Positions 26,831 through 35,857 of a stretch of DNA of 64,000 nt are shown here, piece after piece. The notes beneath the pieces were generated by a model. The model did no database searches, was not told the DNA's origin, and saw only the letters and a program-made list of their open reading frames with translations. The translations under genes were made by a program, and so were the position numbers. The stretch's first letter is position 1. The number at the start of each line of letters is the position of its first letter. The stretch is taken from IMG/VR virus record IMGVR_UViG_3300028887_000075, positions 106,735 to 170,734 of that record; one strand, given 5' to 3'. The stretch is from a virus (Duplodnaviria; Caudoviricetes).

Positions 26831-29764
26831 ATGGAAACTATGGAATTGGCCTCGCCGGACAAGAAGTCCGACGAGCACAGGATGTGGTCGGCGATATACC
26901 ACGACAGGGATACTGACAACCTGTTCCTCTGGTACGACGACGGGACGATGGAGCAGAAGCGCATCGTCAATACCTTCTACACCCCGAATCGGGGCGAGTT
27001 CGGCGCCATGCCGTGCGGAATGAAGGACATATACGGAAGGGAGATGTATGCCGTCCAGAGGCATACCGCCCAGGAACAGGACATACGAAAGCGCTATATC
27101 GGACCCAATAACCACCTGGCCGAAATCGATATAGACCCGAGGGCCAGGTTCCTCCAGCAGCACTATGCTAACACCGGCATGCTCAAGCCGGACATGAGCA
27201 AGATTAACATCTGCTTCCTCGATATAGAGGTGGAGACTACCGGTCGCTTCCCGATGGCCCACCGTGCCGAATACCCTATCAACTGCGTTACCATCTACTT
27301 TTCTGCTACCGACAACTACTTTACCTACGGTGTTGGACGTGACATTGAGGACTGGGTCAAGGAGAAGATGGCCAAGGAGAACTGCCAGTACGTGCTGTGC
27401 GAGTCCGAATCAGACCTGCTTACCCGATTATTTACCGAGATTGGCCGAAATGACGTAGCCATTCTCTCGGGGTGGAACTTCTCCTACGATACCACGTACA
27501 TGGTCAACCGGGCCCAGAAGCTCGGTATCGACATCAAGCTCATGTCCCGTCTCCCGGCTCAGTTCAAGAAGGCCTGGGTCAACAACGACGGCGAGCTGCA
27601 GATTGCCGGAACGGAGGTCATCGACTTCCTCGCCCTCTACCGCAAGTACACCTTCTCCGAGCAGCCTTCCTACAAGCTTGACTACATCGGCGGGATGATT
27701 ACCGGCGAGCACAAGGCTCCCCTTCCCGACGGATACAAGTCCTGGAAGAACTACTGGTCGCAATTTATCTTTTATAACTGGCAGGACGTTCGCCTGCTCA
27801 AGATGATGGAGCTGGAAGTGAAGATGTTCCAGCTGTGCGTCACTGCTGCGGCGGAGGCCCACGTCCCGTTCTCCTTCGTGTTCGAGTCCAAGAAGATGCT
27901 GGTCGGCTTCGTTATGAACCACCTCCATAAGAACGGCATGGTGTTCCCGGCCTACCGCCAGCAGTCCAAGGAAGAGTATCCCGGTGCCTTCGTGTATTCA
28001 ATCCCCGGTTTCTACAAGTGGCTCGTGTCGTATGACTACCGCTCGCTGTATCCGTCCATAATGATGACGTTCAATACCTCGCCGGAGACCAAGGTCACCA
28101 AGCCGATGGACTACATCATGACCGAGGAGGAACGCGCCACGCTCATTGAGAGCCCGTGGACGCACAACGGCAGGTACAAGGTATACTTCCGGAAGGACAA
28201 GGAGGGCATCGTCCCCCAGGTAACAAGACTTCTATTTGATGGCCGTGCTAACCTGAAGAACAAGATGAAGGCTGCGAAGAAGGCGGGCGACCACGAAATG
28301 ACCGCCGTCTACGACATGATGCAGAAGGTGTACAAGGTGCTCGGAAACTCCCTGTACGGTCTGCTCGGTTCAAACTTCTTCCCGTTCTACGACGTGGACA
28401 ATGCCGCATCCATTACCGCATTCGGCCGCAACCTCATCAAGTTCACCATCGAGCAGCTTGCCCACTACCTCAACGAGGAGGTGGCCCACGACGAGCGCTT
28501 CATCAAGGCGTTCGGGTATGTCCCGGAAATCGACCAGTCCTTCCTGGGAACTACCATGGACGATGACGGCCAGGTGCTGTTCAAGAGGATGTCCCACGGC
28601 GATACCGACTCGTTCTACTGCAAGGTGGGCGACCTGTTCGAGGAGTTCCGCAAGAAGCAGGGGACCGGTACGGAGGTCATCGTCTATACCGGACACGAGG
28701 AGACCGAGAGGTATTCCTTCGGCAATTCTCCCGAGGAGGAACTGGAGTCCCGCAAGTGCTTCAACCGCATGTGCAACAAGTACGCGCATGCCCAGTGGCA
28801 TGACCCGGAGAACCGGGCGATAGACAAGAAGACCGGCCTTTCCAAGGTCAAGATTATGTTCCACGACGGCATCGTGTGGGGTAAGGGCTGCAGGATTATA
28901 TACAACCGGTACAGGCTCACCGACTTCTGCCGCATCATGGACGCCGTTATCCTAGAAGAGAAACTGGACGAGTTCATGCTCGCCTACGCCACCAAGTGGG
29001 GATATCTGACGAACGAGCTGTTCCTGAAGCGCGAGAAGTGCATCTACAAGGCAATCGTCACGGCAAAGAAGAAGTACATCTGCGAGGCGGAGTCCAACGA
29101 GGATATTGTCTACCTTGACAAGGAGCCGAAGAAGGACGAGCAGGGCAACGTTGTCGAAATCGGCTCGATGGAATTGACTCCCGACTTTGCCGTTACCGGC
29201 CTTGAAATCGTCCGCAGTTCCACCACGCTGTTCTCCCGCGAGCGCATGATGGACATGGTTAAGCTGATGCTGAAGACCATGGACAAGGGCGTAGTGCGCG
29301 AGAGGCTTCTGGAAATCAAGCGCGAGTTCTTCCAGGCGGTCAAGGACGGCAAGTACTCCTACATCTCCATGCCTTCCGGCATGAAGGAGGAGCCCGTCCC
29401 GTATGCGATACAGTGCCACCTGCCAAAGGATGAACTCTCCAAGCTGGACTGGCGCCGCAGGGCGGCATCCGTGTGGAACTACCTTATCGAGTTCGACCCT
29501 ATCTTGTCCAAGGAGCCTTACGAGCCAATCGTTGCCGGTGAGAAGATGAAGTTCATCAAGAAGGCTGACGACGACTACGGCGTATCGATTATCTGTTACA
29601 CCGGAGAGGAGTGCCCGCAGCGTCTCATTGACATGTTCCATATAGACTGGGACCAGCAGTGGAAGGTTTCCGTGGCCCAGATTCTGGGAAGACTGTTCGG
29701 AGCCGTGGGGTGGCCGGAAGAATTGGAATATGACGAGACCGACGCGATGCTCGAACTGATTTAG
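26831..29764 (+). CDS. family B DNA polymerase (T4 gp43-like)
   Basis: Exonuclease motifs DIEV, GWNFSYD, YNWQD; polymerase motifs YDYRSLYPSIM, KVLGNSLYG, GDTDS, KKKY, GLEIVRSST. Confidence 0.96.
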   Translation: METMELASPDKKSDEHRMWSAIYHDRDTDNLFLWYDDGTMEQKRIVNTFYTPNRGEFGAMPCGMKDIYGREMYAVQRHTAQEQDIRKRYIGPNNHLAEIDIDPRARFLQQHYANTGMLKPDMSKINICFLDIEVETTGRFPMAHRAEYPINCVTIYFSATDNYFTYGVGRDIEDWVKEKMAKENCQYVLCESESDLLTRLFTEIGRNDVAILSGWNFSYDTTYMVNRAQKLGIDIKLMSRLPAQFKKAWVNNDGELQIAGTEVIDFLALYRKYTFSEQPSYKLDYIGGMITGEHKAPLPDGYKSWKNYWSQFIFYNWQDVRLLKMMELEVKMFQLCVTAAAEAHVPFSFVFESKKMLVGFVMNHLHKNGMVFPAYRQQSKEEYPGAFVYSIPGFYKWLVSYDYRSLYPSIMMTFNTSPETKVTKPMDYIMTEEERATLIESPWTHNGRYKVYFRKDKEGIVPQVTRLLFDGRANLKNKMKAAKKAGDHEMTAVYDMMQKVYKVLGNSLYGLLGSNFFPFYDVDNAASITAFGRNLIKFTIEQLAHYLNEEVAHDERFIKAFGYVPEIDQSFLGTTMDDDGQVLFKRMSHGDTDSFYCKVGDLFEEFRKKQGTGTEVIVYTGHEETERYSFGNSPEEELESRKCFNRMCNKYAHAQWHDPENRAIDKKTGLSKVKIMFHDGIVWGKGCRIIYNRYRLTDFCRIMDAVILEEKLDEFMLAYATKWGYLTNELFLKREKCIYKAIVTAKKKYICEAESNEDIVYLDKEPKKDEQGNVVEIGSMELTPDFAVTGLEIVRSSTTLFSRERMMDMVKLMLKTMDKGVVRERLLEIKREFFQAVKDGKYSYISMPSGMKEEPVPYAIQCHLPKDELSKLDWRRRAASVWNYLIEFDPILSKEPYEPIVAGEKMKFIKKADDDYGVSIICYTGEECPQRLIDMFHIDWDQQWKVSVAQILGRLFGAVGWPEELEYDETDAMLELI

Positions 29765-29772
29765 GAGATGTT

Positions 29773-30774
29773 ATGGCTGAATTCAAGGTAGAAGTGTTGA
29801 AGTACCCGACTGACGAGGACTGGCAGTGGGTGAAGAAACTCGCTCTAAATACGATGGGGAAGAATTATTTGATGGACAAGGATATGTCTATCGAACTCAA
29901 GAAGAAGTACTTGACATCGGAGCATTCCCCCATCCGTTATCTGCGCTTTATCATCAGGATGGAAATTCCCTATTGTAACTCGGTGCATTTCGTCCGTCAC
30001 AAGCTCGGCGTGGAGCATTTCGTGCAGTCACAGCGGAATGACCGGCAGGACAACTATGACCGGACGAAGGCACCACAGGACGCCCCGGTGTCGCACATGA
30101 TGGTAGTCAACGCACAGGAACTGATGTTCATGGCAAGGAAGCGCCTGTGCGGGAAAGCCGATATCGATACGCAGAAGATTATGCGTGCCATAGTGAGGGA
30201 AGTGCTGAAGACCAACCCTGAATTCAAGGATGTTCTTGTGCCCCAGTGCCAGTACCTCCACGCATGCCCCGAGTTCGTATCGTGCGGCAGATGGATTAAG
30301 TCGGACAGTTCGCTTGAGGGTGTACTGGACCTGCGCGGCCTATATGAGCCGACTTGCTTTGCTCGGCTGGATGCCTACGACATTTCCCGGATAGAGGACA
30401 AGGTAAAGGAAGCGACCGATGTATCTAACCTGACCACGTTTGGCCCGGATGCGACCTGGCGACGCCGAGAAATATGCATGCTGGAGATATTCCTGGATAT
30501 CTCCCGGTGGCTAAATGAGGATTCCGACGTTGAGATTCTCGACGAAGATGTGGTACTACAGGACAACAACCGGCTTTATATTACAGCCACCTGCATGAAC
30601 AATAAGAAGACTGTCAAGATGGAAGTGGCTACCCTTAGTCTGTTACATGATATGAATACCGGTGGAGTCAACTGGATACTTAATTCAGGAGACCGGACCT
30701 TGTTCACTGCGGAGAACTGTGCCAAGATGATGAGGAGATTCTTGGAGTCCTTGCCGTGGAAACCTTCGAAGTAG
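29773..30774 (+). CDS. thyX: ThyX-like flavin-dependent thymidylate synthase with C-terminal extension
   Basis: EHSPIRY, HFVRHK, VQSQR, NAQELM..RKRLC, CPEF; about 150 extra C-terminal residues. Confidence 0.8.
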   Translation: MAEFKVEVLKYPTDEDWQWVKKLALNTMGKNYLMDKDMSIELKKKYLTSEHSPIRYLRFIIRMEIPYCNSVHFVRHKLGVEHFVQSQRNDRQDNYDRTKAPQDAPVSHMMVVNAQELMFMARKRLCGKADIDTQKIMRAIVREVLKTNPEFKDVLVPQCQYLHACPEFVSCGRWIKSDSSLEGVLDLRGLYEPTCFARLDAYDISRIEDKVKEATDVSNLTTFGPDATWRRREICMLEIFLDISRWLNEDSDVEILDEDVVLQDNNRLYITATCMNNKKTVKMEVATLSLLHDMNTGGVNWILNSGDRTLFTAENCAKMMRRFLESLPWKPSK

Positions 30775-30805
30775 CAGGTCCCGGCAGCGAGACTACCGGC
30801 GAATC

Positions 30806-31159
30806 CTAGGACTCCCCGGACTGTGTCGAGGAGTTGACGTTTTCCGGACCGGTACCTCCCCACATTCCGAGGGAGGTCCTTCCCGGTGACACCACGCCCT
30901 TCCACTGTCCGAACCTGTTGGCATATGATTGTTTCATCAGCTTAGCCACTGTCTGGTCGCTGGGCATTCCCTTGTACAGAGAAAGGTTGCCGTTAGGCAC
31001 GATGCCCTGCTGGCAGGTTCCCGGCTGTGCGGCCACCTGCTTCACGTTGATGTCCGTGGCGGAGTTCTCGAATATCGACCGGTACAGGCCGGTGACCTTC
31101 CTTCTCAGTTCCGGGTCCTTCCTGGTGACACCCTCGATGAATTCAAGCATCGTATTCAT
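30806..31159 (-). CDS. hypothetical protein
   Basis: Start MNTMLEF directly after TATAAACT (31167-31174, minus). Confidence 0.6.
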   Translation of the reverse strand: MNTMLEFIEGVTRKDPELRRKVTGLYRSIFENSATDINVKQVAAQPGTCQQGIVPNGNLSLYKGMPSDQTVAKLMKQSYANRFGQWKGVVSPGRTSLGMWGGTGPENVNSSTQSGES

Positions 31160-31223
31160 AACCGGGAGTTTATATTGGATGCACCGGGTAAATTTGCTAT
31201 ATTTGCCGTAGAGGAATTTTGAT

Positions 31224-32297
31224 ATGCCGCAGGAAATCGACCTTATAACTGGAGAAGTGATAGAGACCGCAGGAACCCCGGTAACTACGGGACAGGACGA
31301 CCTTTGGCCGGAGAAATACCGCCCCAGGAAGCTGGAGGACTTCATCCTTCCCACGAAGCTGGAGAACATGGTCCGTACGGCACTGCAGGTGAACTCGTTC
31401 AACAACTACATACTCTACTCGGGAGCACCGGGAACCGGGAAGACGAGCCTAGCCATGGCCATCCCTGAGATGCTCGGTGCCGAATCCAAGTTCCTCTACG
31501 CGAAGCGCGACTCCGAGATTCTCGAGGAGATTGACGAGAGCGCCACCTACCGGAGCCTGAACGGGCGTCCCAAGTTCTTCATCATCGACGAGGCGGACTA
31601 CCCGTCCCAGCCGGACAGCTTCTACCGCAAGCTCCAGTCCTGCGTGGAGGCAACATCGTCCAACCTACGCTTCATCCTTACTTGTAATGAGCTCTTCCGC
31701 ATACCTGACGCAATCAAGTCAAGGTGTACCCCCATAGCGTTCGACCATCCCGGTGACGACCGTGACCTCAAGAACCGCATGTTCAAGCGTCTCATGAAGA
31801 TAGCGAAGATAGAGACCAAGCCGCTGAACGGGGAGGTATCCAAGGATACCGTAGTGGAAATCCTTACTACCTGCTATCCGGACATGCGCATGATGATTAA
31901 CGTGATGCACAATACGTTCCTGGAGAACTCCGGGAGCATCGTGGGGCATCCGAACATCGTCACCGATGAACTGATATCCAATATATACAGGCTGACCATA
32001 TCGATGGACCCGAGAAGGCTCCGTTACTACCTGTCCGCCAACGCGCACGACTTCAGGGGAGTCTACATCCCGTTCGGTAAGTACTTCATGGAAAGGATAC
32101 CGGTACCTGCCGGTGGCACCGTGGACTACATGTACATCAAGTTCGCCTCCATGCTGGGGAAGGCATACCGCGCCAGCCTGACACAGGTGAACCAGGAGGT
32201 ATCCCTGATGGAGTTCCTGTGCGACGTGATGGAACTCATCATGCAGTGCCAGATGGTCGGCAAGATGCCGATGGATGCACCGCCGGAAAATACATAG
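31224..32297 (+). CDS. clamp loader large subunit (T4 gp44-like AAA+)
   Basis: LWPEKYRP, GAPGTGKTS, IIDEAD, RFILTCN, IKSRC, YPDMR; class I promoter at 31193. Confidence 0.93.
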   Translation: MPQEIDLITGEVIETAGTPVTTGQDDLWPEKYRPRKLEDFILPTKLENMVRTALQVNSFNNYILYSGAPGTGKTSLAMAIPEMLGAESKFLYAKRDSEILEEIDESATYRSLNGRPKFFIIDEADYPSQPDSFYRKLQSCVEATSSNLRFILTCNELFRIPDAIKSRCTPIAFDHPGDDRDLKNRMFKRLMKIAKIETKPLNGEVSKDTVVEILTTCYPDMRMMINVMHNTFLENSGSIVGHPNIVTDELISNIYRLTISMDPRRLRYYLSANAHDFRGVYIPFGKYFMERIPVPAGGTVDYMYIKFASMLGKAYRASLTQVNQEVSLMEFLCDVMELIMQCQMVGKMPMDAPPENT

Positions 32298-32337
32298 ACT
32301 ACGTAAACTTCAAACAACCGAAAGGTAAACCTAAATC

Positions 32338-32607
32338 ATGGTCGAACAGATAAAAGCTCGCTGCGACAGCAACCTATTCAACAAATGGGGCGCCACTAAC
32401 GACCCCAAAGACCTTACGGTCGGCAAGGAATACGATGTCGACTTCGTTCTAATCCACGGCAGTTACACACAGGTCTACCTCGTCGGTGACAACCGTGCCT
32501 ACAACTCGGTCAACTTCTCCTTCTTCAACAAGGAAGGGAATGAAATCGACCTCATAGAGTACTTCAACCACCAGCTCGGCATACACAAGTGCTGGCCGAG
32601 GAAGTAG
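32338..32607 (+). CDS. small accessory protein
   Basis: 89 aa (LTVGKEYDV...YNSVNF). Confidence 0.7.
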   Translation: MVEQIKARCDSNLFNKWGATNDPKDLTVGKEYDVDFVLIHGSYTQVYLVGDNRAYNSVNFSFFNKEGNEIDLIEYFNHQLGIHKCWPRK

Positions 32608-32693
32608 AGCATGATGGTTTAGGTTTAACGGAGCTGTTATAATAAGAAATTAAAACTGGAAACCGCACAGGCTTAGGTACCAAAGGAGAAGAA

Positions 32694-32945
32694 ATGTACA
32701 TCGAAAAAATGACCGTAGGGGAACTCAGAAAGGCTCTCGAAGGCATCCCGGACGACTACTCGATTTCCCTTGAATCTGTCGAGGACGGAATATATGTCCC
32801 GAACGGCGAAGACCGCATCGGAACAACCTACAATAACAGCAGATACGAAATCAACTCTCGCATCAGCGAGCTTAAATCAGTTGACCGTGACGACGATTGT
32901 CGTGACGTAACCATCCAGATGTCCATAACATTGGAGGAGGTTTAA
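32694..32945 (+). CDS. small accessory protein
   Basis: 83 aa MTVGELRKALEGIPDD type, AAGGAG RBS. Confidence 0.75.
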   Translation: MYIEKMTVGELRKALEGIPDDYSISLESVEDGIYVPNGEDRIGTTYNNSRYEINSRISELKSVDRDDDCRDVTIQMSITLEEV

Positions 32946-33132
32946 GGTTTAATTGGGATTTCATTACGAGGAGAAGGGGTCAGTAAAGATTCTCATGACA
33001 ACGGAAACCAACCATATCCTCCCTAACCTTATCGTGCAGACTGTCTCGTTTTCCGAGTTTCGCTCGGAATACAAAAAACTGGCGAACTCAGTCATTCCCG
33101 ACAAGTCCGCTTTCTAGGTTTAACGGGGAAAC

Positions 33133-33600
33133 ATGGATAATTCTGAATTATATAGGTCCGTATGTAAACTACGGATAGAGCATGCCAAGTTGAAAAAACA
33201 CTTGGCATTTGAAAAAATCTGACTATAAAAAATATGAAGATTATATGCGGGAGCATTATTTTTGGAAGCATGTAGAAGAATACTGGCGCTCTAAATTATT
33301 AAGTTTTCTTAGTGTGATATCTATGAAATCAATTTTGCAAAAGGATGCCCAGCAACTATCCTCATATTAAATGAAAATTGTTATAAACTATTGATAACTG
33401 TATAAAAAAATGTATATTTAATATAGTTATTGGTAGGAAACTCAATTATGAGAGCAAAATCCAGAATGCAGTCTTCAGCAAGAACTATATACAAAAGTGC
33501 TATAATATTTACACTTTTGCATAGTTATATATAGTTTTTGTATTTTATGAGAATCATCCAGATGCGCTAATGCCTGATGATATCTTGCAAAAAACATTTC
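33133..33600 (+). pseudogene. AT-rich decayed ORF
   Basis: Protein-like fragments in shifting frames (MDNSELYRS..., DYKKYEDYMREHYFWKHVEEYW..., CDIYEINFAKGCP...). Confidence 0.4.
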
Positions 33601-33624
33601 TATAGCAAGGAATTAAAAAAAAAT

Positions 33625-33795
33625 ATGTCCACATCGGCAATTGTACTTATCATCGCCATCTGCACCATGGTGTGCATTCTTGTCTACTGCCATAAGACGC
33701 ATTACATCCTTGGCGAAGAGGACGAGCTTGGCATATTCACTGGGCTTGTCGGATTCGTAATCTTCGTGTCGGCATTACTCACGCTATTCTGTTAA
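33625..33795 (+). CDS. small two-TM membrane protein
   Basis: MSTSAIVLIIAICTMVCILVY...LGIFTGLVGFVIFVSALLTLFC. Confidence 0.55.
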   Translation: MSTSAIVLIIAICTMVCILVYCHKTHYILGEEDELGIFTGLVGFVIFVSALLTLFC

Positions 33796-33809
33796 CCGCT
33801 TCCGTCACG

Positions 33810-33870
33810 ACGGACAAGTCCGCTGGGGTGACGCGCGAAGCTGCCACCCTTTAGGGTGGCGGTAGTTCAC
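33810..33870 (+). mobile_element. solo IS200/IS605-type right end / omega-RNA 3' portion
   Basis: ACGGACAAGTCCGCTGGGGTGA..GAAGCTGCCACCCTTTAGGGTGGCGGTAGTTCAC aligns with 9499-9560. Confidence 0.75.
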
Positions 33871-33951
33871 ATATGAAAGTTTTTGCTATATTTGTGGAAA
33901 AAGACACCTATAGAATAGGTTATAGTATAACTGTTCAAATAGTGGATACTG

Positions 33952-34401
33952 ATGAGCATAAAATTTGACCCGTTCAGGTTCCTGGAGGAACGCCGGAACT
34001 GCCTGCCTGTCTCCGATATGGACAAGGTGGAGTTCCAGCTGTACAATGTCGTACAGGCAATCAGCATGGACCCGAAGATGAGGAAGGTCGCCCACGAGCT
34101 GAACGAGCTGTCCTTCAGCCATCTCCCTAGGGATATCCAGGCGATGGCCATCCAGGGGCTCAACGGGGTGAGGATGGATACCCGGTGGTGCAGGGCGAAG
34201 ACGTCGTCCCTGCAGGAACGGGACTCCCAGATAGACCACGCGATGAGGGTGCTGAAGATGCCCCACCATGACGTGCTGGAGGCGAAGCGCTACGGGCTGA
34301 TAAAGACCGAGGAGGTGGAGGACACCTACTTGCGTCTTTACGAGCCGGACAAGCTGCTGGCGAAGTACTCCTCGAAGAAATCCACCAGGAGGAAAAAATG
34401 A
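33952..34401 (+). CDS. clamp loader small subunit (T4 gp62-like)
   Basis: FDPFRFL, YNVVQAISM, AHELN, RWCRAK; size and position after gp44; class I promoter at 33882. Confidence 0.7.
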   Translation: MSIKFDPFRFLEERRNCLPVSDMDKVEFQLYNVVQAISMDPKMRKVAHELNELSFSHLPRDIQAMAIQGLNGVRMDTRWCRAKTSSLQERDSQIDHAMRVLKMPHHDVLEAKRYGLIKTEEVEDTYLRLYEPDKLLAKYSSKKSTRRKK

Positions 34402-34667
34402 GTTCCTTCTGGGTCGTTGTCCTTATTATAATGAGTGTAACTACCGGTGCGCTCGGCACCTGGCTGGTCATGATGTTCCGCAGGGGAGAGGTCAAGGTCG
34501 AGGCCGACCCGGGCCAGCTGTCGGTAATTCTGAAACTGCACGAACTTGAAACTTACCTGGAGGCAAGGGGTGACTACTACGAACAGGTCGCGAAAACAAG
34601 GGGAATGCCGAGGAAGGACAGGTACCCGTCGTACGAAGTCTGGAGAAGGCTCCGGAAAAGAACGTGA
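34398..34667 (+). CDS. small membrane-anchored protein
   Basis: N-terminal hydrophobic helix; ATGA overlap. Confidence 0.6.
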   Translation: MSSFWVVVLIIMSVTTGALGTWLVMMFRRGEVKVEADPGQLSVILKLHELETYLEARGDYYEQVAKTRGMPRKDRYPSYEVWRRLRKRT

Positions 34668-34689
34668 ACTCCCTCCCGAGGTCCGGTTC

Positions 34690-34860
34690 ATGATGGAGAA
34701 GTTCGGGTTGGACGAGGAGAAGGCCGGGATGGCCATAAGGGACGGGTTCCGTGTAGGTGCACTGATGGACGGGTCCGCGATGGACAGGTTCATGGACGAC
34801 TCGGGCATAAACGCCCGGGTGAACAGGATGAAGAAGGAAACCGATATTAAGGAAGATTAA
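34690..34860 (+). CDS. small hypothetical protein
   Basis: MMEKFGLDEE...; start uncertain. Confidence 0.45.
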   Translation: MMEKFGLDEEKAGMAIRDGFRVGALMDGSAMDRFMDDSGINARVNRMKKETDIKED

Positions 34861-35741
34861 ATCATTCCACGGAGGGTCTCGAGGATGGCGTTATCGCCGT
34901 CCTCTCTTTCTTTTTCCTGGCAGTTGGCCTGGGCCACGCCGATGGCTGCGGTGACCTCCTTCTCGGGGGCTGCACCTGCATCCTTGGCGTCCTGCGTGTT
35001 CTGGGCTACCGTAAGGTCAATCTGCTTCTGTTCCTGCGGACTGGGCGGCTGGGCCGGTGTTCCGGCTGCCTGCGGGTTGACCTCTCCTTCCGGGGTAATC
35101 CCGGTCTGCTGGTCCACGGCCATGAGGTCGTTGTTAGATACCGGCATCTGCGGGGTGTTGTCTACCGGTGTCTCCTCGGTGGGGCTCTGGGAGAATTCCG
35201 CTAGCAGTTCCTCGAGGACCGGGTCCTCGCCCATGCCGTTGTCTCCGTTGGCGAACTCGATGAGGTAGTCCATGGCGGTCTTCCCGGCGGCATCCACGGC
35301 GAACCAGGCGTTTCCCTCTGCCTTGGAGTTGATGTCGTTCGGGCGGGTCATCTCGATGTAGGACATGTTCTTGTCGAGCATCTTCTTTATGAAATCATAG
35401 TCTACCTGTTGGGTAAACTTGCCGGTAGCGGCAAAAACCAGGGCATGCAGCACGGTCTCACCGGCGGAATCGGTGCAGGTGAGCATCAGTGGGTCGATTT
35501 CCAAGAGGTCCTCGACGAGGTTGTCGGCCCACATGTGGAGGGTCGTTGTCCACTCGCCGTCACCCAGGTTGACCCGGCGGGTGAACTGCAGGGGGAACTG
35601 CCGGAGAGCCCGGCGGTTCTTCTCGGAAATCACCTCCAGCTTCTTGTTGACGATGTTCTGGATGCCCTCGATGAGCGCCAGTTCGTTCGGGTAGGCGTCC
35701 TTCAGCCCGTTAAGCCTGCTGTTGAATTCCCTCTTGTCCAT
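34857..35741 (-). CDS. ankyrin-repeat-like protein
   Basis: TTTLHMWA, DSAGETVLHAL, DAAGKTAMDYL; ATAAACT upstream (35775-35781, minus). Confidence 0.6.
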   Translation of the reverse strand: MDKREFNSRLNGLKDAYPNELALIEGIQNIVNKKLEVISEKNRRALRQFPLQFTRRVNLGDGEWTTTLHMWADNLVEDLLEIDPLMLTCTDSAGETVLHALVFAATGKFTQQVDYDFIKKMLDKNMSYIEMTRPNDINSKAEGNAWFAVDAAGKTAMDYLIEFANGDNGMGEDPVLEELLAEFSQSPTEETPVDNTPQMPVSNNDLMAVDQQTGITPEGEVNPQAAGTPAQPPSPQEQKQIDLTVAQNTQDAKDAGAAPEKEVTAAIGVAQANCQEKEREDGDNAILETLRGMI

Positions 35742-35857
35742 GCTATTTACCCGTTAAAAGTGCCGTTTTCTGCAAGTTTATGATATCCGAGCCGAAAAAC
35801 GGAGAAAAAATGTGACCACGGGATAAACTTCCGCCAGAATCAATATAACCATGAGGT

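Noticed and set aside
28620-28960. Intein or intron in the DNA polymerase insertion after GDTDS
   Set aside because: No C/S...HN splice motifs or homing-endonuclease motif, and the frame is continuous; treated as an ordinary insertion.
32610-33130. Classical integron attC sites
   Set aside because: GTTTAAC does not fit GTTRRRY, there are no attC-length hairpins, and no integrase lies in the window; kept only as a generic cassette motif.
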